64,000 nucleotides of DNA from Octopus sinensis (lineage: Eukaryota): contig NC_043005.1 in assembly GCF_006345805.1 (NCBI RefSeq), positions 25,668,001 to 25,732,000 on the forward strand, written 5' to 3'. Both the position numbers and the translations under genes were made by a program. Numbering within the stretch: the stretch's first letter is position 1; each line of letters begins with the position of its first letter. Shown here piece after piece: positions 12,055 through 26,164 of the stretch. A model generated the notes under the pieces. The model saw only the letters and a program-made list of their open reading frames with translations, was not told the origin of the DNA and made no database searches.

Positions 12055-13436
12055 TATATATATATATATATATGACTTTCAACAATTGAGGGTAAAATTA
12101 ATAATTAATCAATTTCACCAAGTATTCAGTATGCAAAGGGCCATTTAAGGCGAATTCAAATATTACATATATAAAAGGGCTTAGTAAAATAAGCCCTTTT
12201 ATATTATGTATATATATATTATATATATATATATATATATATCACACACATATATATATATATTGTAAAGAAACATACAGAGAGAAAAAAAGAGAGAGAA
12301 AGAAAGAGAGTTGTGTGCGTTGTGGCTCTCCAGTATGGCTGCAGTCAAAAATACATATGTAAGTATATCAAGAGAAAGAGTGAAAGAAACAAAAAACGAA
12401 TAAAAAGGAAGAAAGAGTGTAATTGAAATTGGGAGGGAAATGAATGGTCAGTCATTTAATTTTCATATTGTAAGGTCCGTCTTATTAATCACAAATTAAT
12501 AATCCCTCTTTAGCGTTCATTTTTAATATGTATCGAACGACAACGTATAGTCGTATTCTTTCTAGGATATTCAATATTAATCCAGTATCACCAAATAATA
12601 AATACATAAAAACACTCTTAATACATTCTTTGATCTCCAGAATCTATGTGGAGGTGTTTGGAGAGGATGTTGTTAGAAATTATAAAGATCGTCTTTTTAT
12701 GATACGCCACGCCATATTCTGTTTCGGGTCCCATCCCATCTTTGTACGTCGTTGCCGTTAATAATTTTCATTTCGTCCCGCTCGCAATATTCATATATGA
12801 AATAGAGCTTAATTTGAGATTTCTAATTAGTATGCTAATTAGTACGGCAAATCTTGTTTCATTGAAGTAGTCATCTGAAATGCAAGATACATCAGTCAGT
12901 AATATTTCATGATGAACTGATTTTGCAGCAATTGTTGTCCATTTTTAGAAAAGTAGTCCGGATTAGAAGAGATTCAGCGGAACTAAATGCGCTCAAAACG
13001 TGAACAAATCAAAGTGGATAGGAATAGACTCAATGATTAGAACTATGGTGGATTAAACGAGGTGTATGAGTGGCTAATTTTAATGAGATATTGATGGAGT
13101 TTATGAATCTAGAGAGTTAATAGAAGAAAAGGATTAGTTGCTTACAATGACTGACAATATTGGATGAGAAAAATGTACTTTTTAAATTGAACATATTACC
13201 TCAGTGGTGTTCATTATATTCCTTTGATGTATTATAGCTAATCTCTGGAGATTGGGGATATAAACACAAACATCTACATAATTATCTTCTCTGTATATCG
13301 GTCTCCCTATCGACCTACATATGTATTTGTTAATTTGTGTGGTTATCGATCAAATGCCCCCTGGACATTCTATCCCTTTTATATATAAATGTGTGAGAGT
13401 ATGTGTGCGTGTGTACATATATATATATATACCTAC

Positions 13437-13482
<46 letters not shown>

Positions 13483-13735
13483 TATATATAATATATATAA
13501 TTTATCAATATAGGGTGGCAAAAAATTTTTAGAAAAAATTTTTAATTTTTTAAATTTTCTCCTGGTTTACGGATTGATTTTTATTTGCGTTGAAGCTTTG
13601 GCTGTTATTTCTAGTGGGGCGAATGCCTATTATGGCCGTTCCTTGATTGTTGATATATATATATATATATATATCTATATATATATGGAAAAAGTCAAGA
13701 TAGAAAATGCTAAAATAATTTTATAAAAAACATTT

Positions 13736-13771
13736 CAGTATCGGTCCCAGTCATTGAGACTTTTTCAACTG
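13736..13771 (-). ncRNA. Degenerate HHR with U3/A8 core (TTGAAAA) in the PLE terminal repeat
   Basis: Minus strand: CAG-TTGAAAA-AGTC-TCAAT-GACT-GGGA-CCGAT-A-CTG. GAAA is mutated to GGGA. Confidence 0.4.
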
Positions 13772-13937
13772 TAAGTATGGAAAACAATTAAATTTTGGAA
13801 AAATTAAGAGTAAAGTTCTTTTGAAAAGAATATTTGCATAGTGTTCAAATATAAGTGGCGTTTTCCTTGTTTCTGCCTGTCTCTGTTTCTCTTGTTTACT
13901 CTTGTGAGTTCGAGGTCGTTGTGAATTCTTGGTAGGG

Positions 13938-14065
13938 AAGAAGAAGAAGAAGAAGAAGAAGAAGAAGAAGAAGAAGAAGAAGAAGAAGAAGAAGGATGAG
14001 TATTAGGAGGAGGAGGAAGAGAAGAAGAAGAAGGAGAAGAAGAAGAAGACGAAGAAGAAGAAGGG
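13938..14065. repeat. (GAA)n / (GGA)n repeat
   Basis: Direct reading. Confidence 0.95.
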
Positions 14066-15174
14066 GGAATAAGAAGGAATGGAGGTAGTGTGAAAGTTGT
14101 AAGGTCTTAAATGTTCAAATGACTTAAAATAGGCAAGTTATGAATTATAGCAGTGATTGGGACTGTTTTTTAATGAATTCTCGGTAATCTCTTGAGTGTA
14201 TCATATTTAATATTTGCGTGTGTATTTGTGTTATTTAAAGGCCGTGGTAGATATGTCGTTTGTCGTAGACGCGTTCAAAAGGGGTCTGTATTTTGTAATA
14301 AAGAGAGTCACTTTACTAATTCGTTGGCTCCAGGTCGTATAGTCCCTGAATTAGTAGAGGGGCAAAACTTTGAAGCTTGGATTTTTATTATTGGCGCAAA
14401 TGTCTATGTGTTGGTTGAATGCTATTTTTCTGCTTTGAGGAATTTTGATCTGGGATCTGTGCAGAGCCATTCTTTTACATAGATTGTTTATTCTTTATCC
14501 TATGTATTGCTCTTGACACCCAGAGCAAGTTAGTGCGTATATCAGGTTCTGCGAGGTACATGTGAAGCTGCTTTTCACTGTGAAACGTTGTCTCTGTTTG
14601 AAGGAGAACTCTGATTCCTCATTTAAATTGACGCATATCCCACAGTTGGGTCTTCCGCATTTTTTACTGTTGGTATGGGATGTGATGGTTTAAGGTTTTG
14701 TGAGAGATGCGGTGGGTTTGTGGGTGTTTGTAGGGTGGACTGTATGGGAGGTTGTAGGGAGGGTATGTAGTTATAGTGATTATGTTGGTGTGGGATGTGA
14801 GGGTTTGGATATCTGTAGGAAATGTGGTAGGATTGTGGGTGTTGGTTGGATGGATGGATTGTATGGGTTCGTTGGGTATTGTATGGAGGTCTCTGTATAG
14901 GTGTGGGTAGGATACATTTTTTGAGTGGGGAGTATTGAGAAGGAGATAATTCCTAGTGTATGGGGGGTTCTCGATGCTTCTTGTCGGTGGGAAAGGAGGA
15001 TTAGAATGATTAAAGATCCAGGTTTTGAGGTGACTCTTGTTTGAATTTTTCGGGGAGGAAAGGGCTTTTTGTATGGTTGGGGAAAGTTGTGTCCCGTGTG
15101 GAGGGGGTTTGAAGAGTATGTGTATTTGAGGTATGGTTTGGGGTGGTGTTTATGGGGGACAGTGGGAAACGTGC

Positions 15175-15860
15175 CAAGGAACTCGACAATAATACACTAA
15201 AAACCACCCAACACAGTATTACCCAACCTTTAAAATACTTCCATACATTTCCACCCACAACCCCCAAAACATTGAAGCATACACCACAATCATACAAAAA
15301 CTCCCCTTACTGTCCACAGACCCAAAAATGAATAATATTATCAATACACATATCATCCTTAAATGCAAAAGGCAACATAAATCATTGAAAAAACTCTTAA
15401 CAATTTCACACACCACATCCACCCTCATCAGTTAAAAAATGTGCACGCCCTAACTGTGGTACCTGTCCTTTTCTACTTGATGTCTATGAATTTACTTTCA
15501 AATAAGGAACAAAGTTTAAAATCGAGACAGACTTCTCTTGTTCCTCCGAGAACCACATTTACGTTCTTACATGCGCGGTTGCCAACTTAATTATATCGAA
15601 CAAACGAGCCTTCCTTTACGCAGAAGAGCAGCAGTCCATAAAGAACAGATAAATCTCCCACAATGCCGTCAAATTCCACTCTGTAGCCACATAGACTCTT
15701 GCGCTAGAAATAAAAATCCCAAATTTCATATATTCCCTTTCTATCAATGTAAAGACAGAATCTCTACACAAGAAAATATTATTGAAATATTATTGAAATA
15801 TTCCAAACCCTTCTTAATATGGAAAGTCCACGGTGACCGTATTACATTTCCTAGCATCCT
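15175..15860 (+). mobile_element. Decayed Penelope-like element 3' end (thumb region + GIY-YIG)
   Basis: Across frameshifts: KRQHKSLKKLLT, KCARPNCGTC, HIYVLTCAGCQLNYIEQT, RRAAVHKEQI, HIDSC, FHIFPFYQC. Confidence 0.8.
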
Positions 15861-16197
15861 GTTTGACAAAAAATCCAGCATTTCAATTTAAGAGTATAAA
15901 ATCCACAGAATTGTTTCCCCTTATTCTCAGGAAGTGGATAAATCCTACAGCATTTCTTGTTTTCACACATAAACATCAAACCTTTTGAAACAAAGCACTA
16001 CACTTGAACACATGCATCCTAATCCCCCAAAGAAGTTTTTCCATGGATTAATATTGAACTCTGAAAGCATACACTGTATTGGTATACTTATTTATTAATT
16101 TTTGAATATATTTATTATTTTTTTTAAAAAAACATTGTAAATTTCTTTTTTCCCTTTATCAATTAAAAAAAAATTTCCCCCCTTCCAAATCTAGGTT

Positions 16198-16258
<61 letters not shown>

Positions 16259-16579
16259 ATAAACACACATTGTTAATAGAAGTATACATAAATGATCATA
16301 CACCTGTTATCTCTGCCTTTGTGACATTTTTATAGAGGAGTAAATATGCATTAAAAGTTTAGGATACATCAAGGTGGGCATCATGCATAATTGCTCATAT
16401 ACATGCACACACACATATATATACATATATATGTATACATACATATATATATATGTATATGTATATATGTGTGTGTATTTATATAAATTGTACATACGCA
16501 TAATTACATATATATATAGAAATACATATATAACATATATATATGAACATGTATACATATACATACATACATACATACA

Positions 16580-16655
<76 letters not shown>

Positions 16656-17069
16656 CATAGCGACATTCACAGAAATAGACTTTCTCTCTTAAGCATACCT
16701 GTTCATAATTATATACAGCTATATTAAGAAATTCTTTACTCTGAAGACCACCGCTGATTTGCCTATTTGTGTACGAGCAAAGATATTGATCTGACTAATG
16801 TAAGTTTAACGTATAATTTCTCCGAAAACCTGTTATTCATTTCCCTTTCTGTAGATTTAGGTATTTTTTCTCGGTTAATACTGTAAGAAAATAGTATATT
16901 AGTAAATTTACTTGTTAAATGTGTCCAAAGGTTCAAGCGGTACCAACGTGAAATAATGATGCATTCAAAGCAGGCACTGTTCTAGGTGCTCAATAGCAGG
17001 ATATTCGTTGAAATAAATAAGATATTTGACGGTAACCATCGAAATATATTGAGTGAAACATCACATATG

Positions 17070-17230
17070 CGCAGGATTGGTTTGTGGTAAGTACCTTGCT
17101 TACCAACCACATGGTTCCGGGTTCAGTCCCACTCGTGTCACCTTCGACAATTGTCCTCTATAGCTTTGTGGTGACCAAAACCTTGTGAGTAGATTAAGTA
17201 GCCGGGAACTGAAAAAAGACCATCGTATAT
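17070..17230 (+). mobile_element. tRNA/CORE-like SINE family A, head fragment
   Basis: gcgcaggattggtttgtggtaag...ccgggttcagtcccac matches the head of 57545-57925. Confidence 0.7.
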
Positions 17231-17237
17231 ATATATA

Positions 17238-17283
<46 letters not shown>

Positions 17284-17904
17284 CTCGTGTTTTCCGTGTT
17301 GAAGTTTAAGCTCACCTCTGACCTTGTATTAAAATCGTCTACGTTCCCCGTGCCAACTATTAGCCATTAAGATGTTATATCTGGTTCGGCAGGGATTTTA
17401 CCCGGTTAACCGTTTCGACATATTCCTACATACTGGACCGTCTGAAATCGCAGTCAAACGTTTGGGTGTACCTCAACCCGTTGAGAGTGATGTTTGTTTA
17501 TTTCTCTCCCCTTAATGCAACCCTCTGTACACAATTGATCAGTATGTCCAGTCTCAGTAAATTTCGCAGAAAAGTATTAAGGTTATATCATAAAATAGAA
17601 ACCATGTGACCATTTACATGAAGATATAAAAGTTACAGCCAAAAATAAATCCCTATGGGTATTTGCATGCAAAAAGCCTATTGATTTTATAAAACCCCTG
17701 TTCATGCGCAATTATCGATTTTCTGTCACTGCCATGAGCCTCGCTCACGCATCAATTTTCATCAAAATCGGACAAATACAAATCGCTGCCAACTGAGCAT
17801 TATCGAGTTTTCGAAATATTCCCACCTTATTTGAACTTTGCTTGACAACATCGCTTGATAGCAGATACTTGTGTGTTTGCGTCCCAGCAAATTAGCGGTT
17901 CGGC

Positions 17905-18620
17905 AGAACGTGCAACAGAAATCGACATAGAAACTTTGAGAAATATTCAACACAGCAACACATCATCCCCGAAAATACTGCCTTACATATCAACATACAA
18001 CCCCAGAAACAAGGAAGCCTTCGCCATCATCACCCAGAATTTACCAATACTTCATAAAGACCCCGAATTAAAGGAAATTCTAAACATACATAAAATCATT
18101 AAAAGCTACAAACAACCTAAATCACTAAAAAAGATTCTCATAAAGGCAAAATTGTTTTCTGAAATTATGGATGCAAAAGTAACAAATGTTGTAGACCAAA
18201 CTGCGCAACATGCCCAAACCTTCAAGAACGATCAGAATTCCTCTTCAAAAAGGGACGAAAATTCAAGATCAAATCTAATTTTACTTGTGCTTCATAAAAC
18301 ATAATTTATGTCATAAGATGATCGGGCTGCCACCAAAACTACGTAGTGTTCACGGGATTATCATTCAGATGCAGATGCACTCTGCATCGACAACAGATTG
18401 CATTCCCAGAATACAGAATGATATGCTTTGGTGAGCATATTGAGAAATGCGCAAAGAAACTACTACCACAATTTTTAATCTTTCCATTCTATCAATGTGC
18501 TATTGGAACACCAACACAAATTAGATTAAACAAGGAAACATTCTTCATTGAAAAATATAAGCCTAAACTTAACCATCCTAACATTCTTATACAGAGAAAC
18601 TCATCTCATTGAAAAAAAGA
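17905..18620 (+). mobile_element. Decayed Penelope-like element 3' end (thumb + GIY-YIG)
   Basis: ILPYISTYNP...YKQPKSLKKIL, then CRPNCATC, NIIYVIR*SGCHQNYV, CTLHRQQI, FLIFPFYQC and FFIEKYKPKLN. Confidence 0.85.
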
Positions 18621-18902
18621 AAAAATATAAAGCGATTAACTCCCTTATACCGGAAGAAATCCCTGATTACCTCCCCCGCCTGGAACTCTTCTTTGCACAA
18701 CATAACGAAGACATGACACGATGTAGGTAAAGAAATTTGAGAAATTTGAAAAGTTTACAGGAAACCGGTTATTTCTCCAAAAACTATGTTACTATACGCA
18801 AAATTTTATAACATTTCTCTAACATAAATATATTCTTTAACCTTATAAAACAAGCCTTCCGAAGTTTTTTCACTCTTTTCTATTTATATATATATATTTC
18901 TT

Positions 18903-19126
18903 TACTACCCACAAGGGGCTAAACACAGAGGGGACAAACAAGGACAGACAAAGGGATCAAGTCGACTACATCGACCCCAGTGCGTAACTGGTACTTAATT
19001 TATTGACCCCGAAAGGATGAAAGGCAAAGTCGACCTCGGCGGAATTTGAACTCGGAACGTAACGACAGACGAAATACGGCTACGAATTTCGCCCGGCGTG
19101 CTAACGTTTCTACCAGTTCGCCGCCT
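18903..19126 (-). mobile_element. tRNA-derived SINE family D (core gccgaggtcgactttgcctttcatcctttcggggtc)
   Basis: Matches 50553-50802 and 41495-41720. Confidence 0.8.
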
Positions 19127-20610
19127 TGTACATATATATGCCAGATATGCCAGCATGGAAAACGGAGGTTAAACGATGATGACGGAGATGATATTTACAC
19201 ACACACACTCATAAAACAGCTTTTCTCCGAATATTATTTTACTGAAAACGGGAACGTATTTCTATTTTATATACTTTATTACATTTTCTGTTATACTTTC
19301 ACCTGTCCGCTATGTTTTTGTCAATAAAATGTTCAAATCCTGCATCTGCGTATCTAGAACTGAAAAGCGTTCATCTTCTGGTTGAAGTCATGTTGGTCTG
19401 TGTTGTTCCGACTTTATTATAAATATAATAACTGTCATGGCTATAGGACTTAAATCGAGAATTGTAAAGTTTGTGAATAGATGCAAACGCCTCAGTCTCG
19501 GTGCGTTCTCTTTTCTGCTCGTATTTGTTCTTTGTAAGTATATTTCAACATCTTCCTCTTCTTAGGAATTATCAAAACATTTACTTTTGACGAGAAATCT
19601 GTTCAGATTCTATACGGTTTTCATTAAGGCTTCTATAGCTAATTACATTTTATTGTGTGGTATAGTGCTTTGTAATTGCTCCTCTTATGTGCACAGTGAT
19701 TTCATGGAAAATCTCGTACATGCGTGGTTAATATATGAATTGGAATGATGAATTAATAACTGACACGTTTGAAATAAAATTTTAATTAATTTTGTCATTC
19801 GTAACTTGCAGCTGTACCGTATTATTAATACGAAGGTTTCATTGTTAATGTTTTTGTAGAATATAATTGATGTTAGATTACACTTTGGTGTAATGCACTT
19901 TGTAATCTGTTTCGGGAGGTTTTTGATTATGTGTTCATCTATTCTGAACTTAGATTACTTTTAAGTCATGTAAAGTATTTTATGTGAAGTTTTTTTTCAT
20001 GTTTAACAGATGATGTATCTTATGTATTTTAGGCGTCATTTTATTTACTATTTATTTGTGAAATAGCAGACGTTGTCTCACAAGCAGTTGTGCAGGCTAA
20101 AGTGTTAGTAAATGTGGTCGAATTGACCTGAAAATTTGCACACCTATGTTAAAAGTGCTGGGAATTTTGCATGGCAACTTTGTATTTACTTCATTGAAAG
20201 GCCTGGTTCCTAGGACAAAATTCTTCATCTTTAAAATGTGGCCCAAGTAGACCCGAATGAAATCGGATTATATTACTAGTATATAATAAAACGCAATGTC
20301 CTTTACTAACGCTGGAGAAAGAAGAATAGAATAATAGAATAACAGACGGAGAGGCTGACAGTCAGATACGCTGAAGGCACGCGAACATCATTCATAGTTT
20401 CTGCTCTGCAGACGGTGTTATTTTAATCAAAATAAAACTGGAAATTGTATCTAGTTATTAGTTTCACACAGAAACACACACACACACATACTCACACACA
20501 AACGCACATAAATTTATAATGAAATTTAATATTAAGCACTCTTTGTTTCAAAATATTATTTTTCGTATCACATATATATATATATGCATATATAGAAAAA
20601 TATGTAAACG

Positions 20611-20660
<50 letters not shown>

Positions 20661-20681
20661 TATATATATCTGTGTGTCTAT

Positions 20682-20713
<32 letters not shown>

Positions 20714-21383
20714 ACATATACTTTCATGGCTTTCTTTCGGTTTACTTCATTTTTGCATGTCAGCCCTTTCTAATACAAACCTTTATTTCCTTTTCCAGAT
20801 AAAGAACATACTTTACTGATTTCATCGATGTGAAAAATATAAACAAATATACACGCGCACACACTCAGAAATGCATACACACATATGCATTTGTATGGAC
20901 ATTCATAGTAGCATATAATTATATATGTGTATATATGTACACACGCACACACACATATATATATATATAAGTTCAGCAACAATTTAGATTCAAATGAATA
21001 TGCCACTTAATTTAGATGCACCAGATTTCTTTTTATGGTGTTACCCATAAAAATATGCGGGTTGGTTATAATGAAAAAATAAGCAACAAGAATGAATCCG
21101 GTAATTTAGTACAATTGTTTCATACTACAACATTTTATTAAAAGCTGTAAATATTACAGCAGATTTAAGATCCCGAGTAATCTTCAGCTAATTTTAAATA
21201 GGTTTTCCAATAATATAAAGTTATCAAATCAATTAATAACATTTTAGGGAATACACAGATAAAGATGTAAATATGAATCTTAGGAAACTGAGATCGTGTA
21301 GTTCAGATGCCAACTGACCAAACCTTGTTTACAACTGACTGCGGTAAGAGAATTTCTTTAGTTATAAGGATTGGGGTAAGGGC

Positions 21384-21570
21384 AGGTAAAGAATTCAAGT
21401 TAGTTGAAGAAAAGAGGAGGAAAATTCAGGATATGTAAAAGAACAGGTTGTCACTAGAACTAGTGACAACTTTTACATATCCTGAATTTTACATATCCTG
21501 AATTTACATATCCTTTTACATATCCTGAATTTACCTCCTCTTTTCTTCAACTAACTTGAATTCTTTACCT
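21384..21570. repeat. Fold-back inverted duplication with stuttered right arm
   Basis: Central perfect hairpin gttgtcactag-aa-ctagtgacaac; arms are reverse complements; ttacatatcctgaatt is reiterated. Confidence 0.85.
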
Positions 21571-22686
21571 TTACAATAGAATATATAATATTCTATTGTA
21601 ACTATATGAGAGACCTTATATGTCGGTCTCCATATGAACAACTAGTTGCACCATCATTTTATGTATATAATTTATCTTGTGGACCACGAAAGGTTGTTTT
21701 TCCTATGGCGAAAACTAATAATTTCTTCAGTCTGGAATCTAGTATCATGGCGATTTAGTGTTAGGTGTTGGTATACAGTTATTAATATGATTTCTATCAA
21801 GGGACTTCAGTAAATAGACTAAATCTAAGAGGAAAACTATCACCAATTTGTTAGTTTCTTTCGGTGTCTCTACGATATTTTTGCATACCTTAGTTGGATA
21901 TTGTTTGATAATAAATGCTATCTAGTTGCTTTCCAAGCTCTTACGATGATGTATTGAGATTATATATGTTTCAGGGCTGGTTGTTTGTGTACTGATATCC
22001 TTCTGTAGATAAAAGTTAGAGAGGATTCCCCTTTAATCGTAAAGACATCATCTGTTCTTATTTGTGCGTTTCTCGCCAAAACTGTTTTATTAATTTTCAA
22101 AATAAATTTTTAAGTTGCTATAAATTTGTTTTTATTGCCGCATAAACAGCTAATCATTTCAATTTATACGTCTTTAATCGTGACAACAAATATATCACAT
22201 TTTTATTCTTAGATATTTTTCTTTCTCATTATTTCCTAATATAAATCATGCAAATTTTGTTTAAGTTTCAAATGAAAAACTTATTAAGGTAGGTGTTATG
22301 TATTTCTATTTTATTCTTGTCGATGTAATTCATGATGTTTACCAACTATATTTTTAATAGTTGTATATCTTAGTTCTTTTTTTTAACAACTGGACAGTAG
22401 TCTTTTTTCTCTTTTGGTCATATTTTATTTTTAACTGGAGGTTACTTCCAAGGTTGAATAAGAAAACTTGCAGTGGTGGTGGAGGTGGGGAGTTGGGGAA
22501 ATGTTGCAAGTTTCAACGAAATATTTTTCCTGGGTAAGAAGAGTAACATTTTCTTTGTACAGTTTGCTTTACTTATTTATATTGACCTGTTTAATTTGGT
22601 ATGAAATCTATCTATTTATCTATCTATCTCTATCTCTCTCTATCTATATCTCTGTCTATCTCTATCTATCTGTCCATCTATATATA

Positions 22687-22748
<62 letters not shown>

Positions 22749-23467
22749 TATCAAGTAAGAGGAGTTTAATACCTCTAATGGATCATCAAATCCAGAGTCG
22801 CTCCTGGCTATTAGCTGGGTGTGTACAGCCTTTTCTAAAATTGTACGGTAGAAGTGATTCGGTTGGTAAACCAGAGTTTAGGTTATATAAGAAAAGAAAA
22901 TGGATACAATAATAATGTGAAACTCGTGGTATGTCTTTAATTAAATAGGTAACAAAGAAGGAAGAAGCAGAGATGAGGGTAGCATTTACGATCGTTTCGA
23001 TTTACTGGAGTAAGTAAATCTCTTCAGAATGCGTATATATAGAGAGATGCATTTCTTAGGATGCGAAAATAATTGATACATATGCGATGGTAATGTAAAC
23101 AAAGTGGTAATTCTTACATTGAAATTTTGTTCTTACACTGGTAAATTCACTGGGTAGAGATTTGCTCGTAATAGATTGGCTATATTCGTTAGGTAATTAG
23201 GGTGGTGTGGATATTATTTAGGTGCAGTTTACCTCGTTTGATTAAGCACATTTTTTCCCACGTGCGCATTCCGTTCTACGGTTACTGCCACCGGCGGTGT
23301 ACAACTGTATATATATATGTGCATGTAGCTATGTACATATATGTATGTATATATACATATATATATTATTTATATCATTATATGATCGAACACCACGCAT
23401 CCATTTCCAAATAGGTTTTATATTTATATACATATGCACACACACACACACACACACACAAACACAT

Positions 23468-23522
<55 letters not shown>

Positions 23523-24548
23523 TATTGCTATTCATTTATTGATAATTTAACAACCTGATAACAAACTATTGATAATAATCTGGTGTTAAAATGGTTCACC
23601 AATTACGTTTTCTATTCCGAAACAGCTAGAATTTATTTGATTGGCACCCATACAGCTTTGGCTTACCAGCTTTCACTACCGTTCTTTGATTTCACTGAGA
23701 CGAAAGGCGAACATTTTTCGAATAGACAGTGCTAAAGGTTTGAAATAGAAACCACGCAATGAGCAAGAAATCAGAAAGTTATTCAAATAAATGTAGGATT
23801 CATACGATATCAGTTTGCTTAAAGTAGAATTGTATTGTTAGAGAAATAACTTAAAAGCAAGGTCTTAAATTTTAAAGGAATAGTAAGCGTGGAAATGACG
23901 TTGGAACAATAGCTGTATCATTGTAACAAAATGGCTTAACCTAATCTTTTCACGAGGCAAGCCAACGGTTAATGGACGCACTAAAAATCATGCAGGGAAA
24001 GGGGAGAAACCAAGCATATAATCACATATACCCGCACATACACACACACACACACATATATATATCTACGCATCTGTATGTAATTATATATGTGCACCAA
24101 TCTACATATGCAATGTAGAAATACACAAAATACACAAAAATATTCACATTTACATAGATAAATTGTATAAATCTGTGAATACAAATCATCAGCCTTGAGG
24201 ATGAGATTATAAAATATTTGCTGTAATTTAAATATCTTTTGTCTTGCAGACACTATTATGCCGGACCTTGGACAGAGATTAGGGGAGATATGCAAATCAT
24301 GCGTATGTACGTGTATTACACTCCGAGGGCAATACACATGCATGTGTGTGTGTGTGTGTATGTGAATGGGTGTCTTTGTGCGTGAGTGTGTGTATAAAGT
24401 ATATAGGTATATATATGATACAAATAATATATATATATATATGCATACATATATGTATATACATACATGGATACATACTTATATAAGTATATATATATAT
24501 ATATATACGTTTATGGCTAAACTGGCAACATGACAATTCCTAAATACA

Positions 24549-24622
<74 letters not shown>

Positions 24623-25370
24623 GTGTGTGTGTGTGTGTGTATGTGTATGTACGTATGTATGTATATCCATACAGGTGTTGTACATGTCTCTGTGAGTGTA
24701 TGCATGTATGTGTGTGTGAGTTAGTCTAAAGATTCATTATACGTGGTAAAAAATAACAGAAGGCGTTCATAACGCATATTATTCATTGTCTAGTGAAAAG
24801 AGAAGAGGAATTGTGTGGAATTCAATTGAGAGCATTTTCAGTTATATTGTATTAAATTAATTGGATTCTAAGTTGTAATACTAATTATGTTTGAGCTTTC
24901 TTATTAAAGTAGATGTATTCAATGTATGTGTGTAAAAATCTCATTTTAAAGAAAAGTATTCCTACTCTTTTTTTCGCAATATGAATTAACGTTCATTGTG
25001 GGAAATTAAATTGAACATACACAAACAAGCATATGCACTTATACACGAATACATACAAAAACAAATTGTGCCTGCACAGAGTACCTGTCGTTTGCAAAAG
25101 CGTATTGCAGGAATTCTGGAGCGGCGAAGGTATGGTCAACGAGCTCAAATGGATAAATGTATTCTACAATTTCGAGTAACCATTCGAGTAACCGTTTCTG
25201 AAAACGCACACACACTCGCGCGCGCGCGTTCATACACACACACAGAGACGAACACACACATACGCACACACACAGCATACATACACACATACAGTCACGA
25301 AGAAGTGCATCTTTTTTCTTCCTACTCTCTCATACATACATGCTCAAACACATAGACAGACACACAGCAC

Positions 25371-25438
<68 letters not shown>

Positions 25439-25507
25439 CAACAATTGAGGAACGGCTACAATAAGCCGTTCGACCCACAAGAAATGGCAGCCATATATAT
25501 ATATACT

Positions 25508-25620
25508 CTTTTACTTGTTTCAGTCATTTGACTGCGGCCATGCTGGAGCACCGCCTATAATCGAGCAACTCGACCCCGGGACTTATTCTTTTGTAAGCCC
25601 AGTACTTATTCTATCGGTCT

Positions 25621-25622
<2 letters not shown>
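25508..25622 (-). mobile_element. SINE family A tail fragment
   Basis: tttacttgtttcagtcatttgactgcggccatgctggagcaccgcc matches 57545 onward. Confidence 0.75.
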
Positions 25623-25694
<72 letters not shown>

Positions 25695-25705
25695 AATATA
25701 TATAT

Positions 25706-25749
<44 letters not shown>

Positions 25750-25985
25750 CAAAGAAATTCCACCAACTCTGGTTTTTTATGTTTTATTTATATTCCTTAT
25801 AATATTAATGTAGAATATAGAACGTATAGTATAAATGATATATATAGTAAAATAAAATGAAGTATTGATCGTCTTATTGAATAGATGAAATATTGAATAT
25901 TGAATATATATGTAGAAGGTTATAAAGGAGCACACGAGTTGATATATATGGAAAAGGGGAACACACGAATTGTCCATGTATATAC

Positions 25986-26070
<85 letters not shown>

Positions 26071-26164
26071 TCTATAGATATAGATATACATATATAGAGA
26101 GAGATAGACACATATAGATACTCACTTGCATAAATATATATACGCTCATAAATCAATTTCTATA

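Larger units (their letters stand above)
13690..15160 (-). mobile_element. Decayed Penelope-like element 3' end (GIY-YIG endonuclease ~14270-14665 plus terminal repeat)
   Basis: Minus strand translates KCGRPNCGIC...CTSQNLIYALTCSGCQEQYIG*...RMALHRSQI...HIDIC...FKVLPLY. Confidence 0.8.

Noticed and set aside
21600-22130. Possible LINE endonuclease remnant on the minus strand
   Set aside because: No motif could be reconstructed with confidence.
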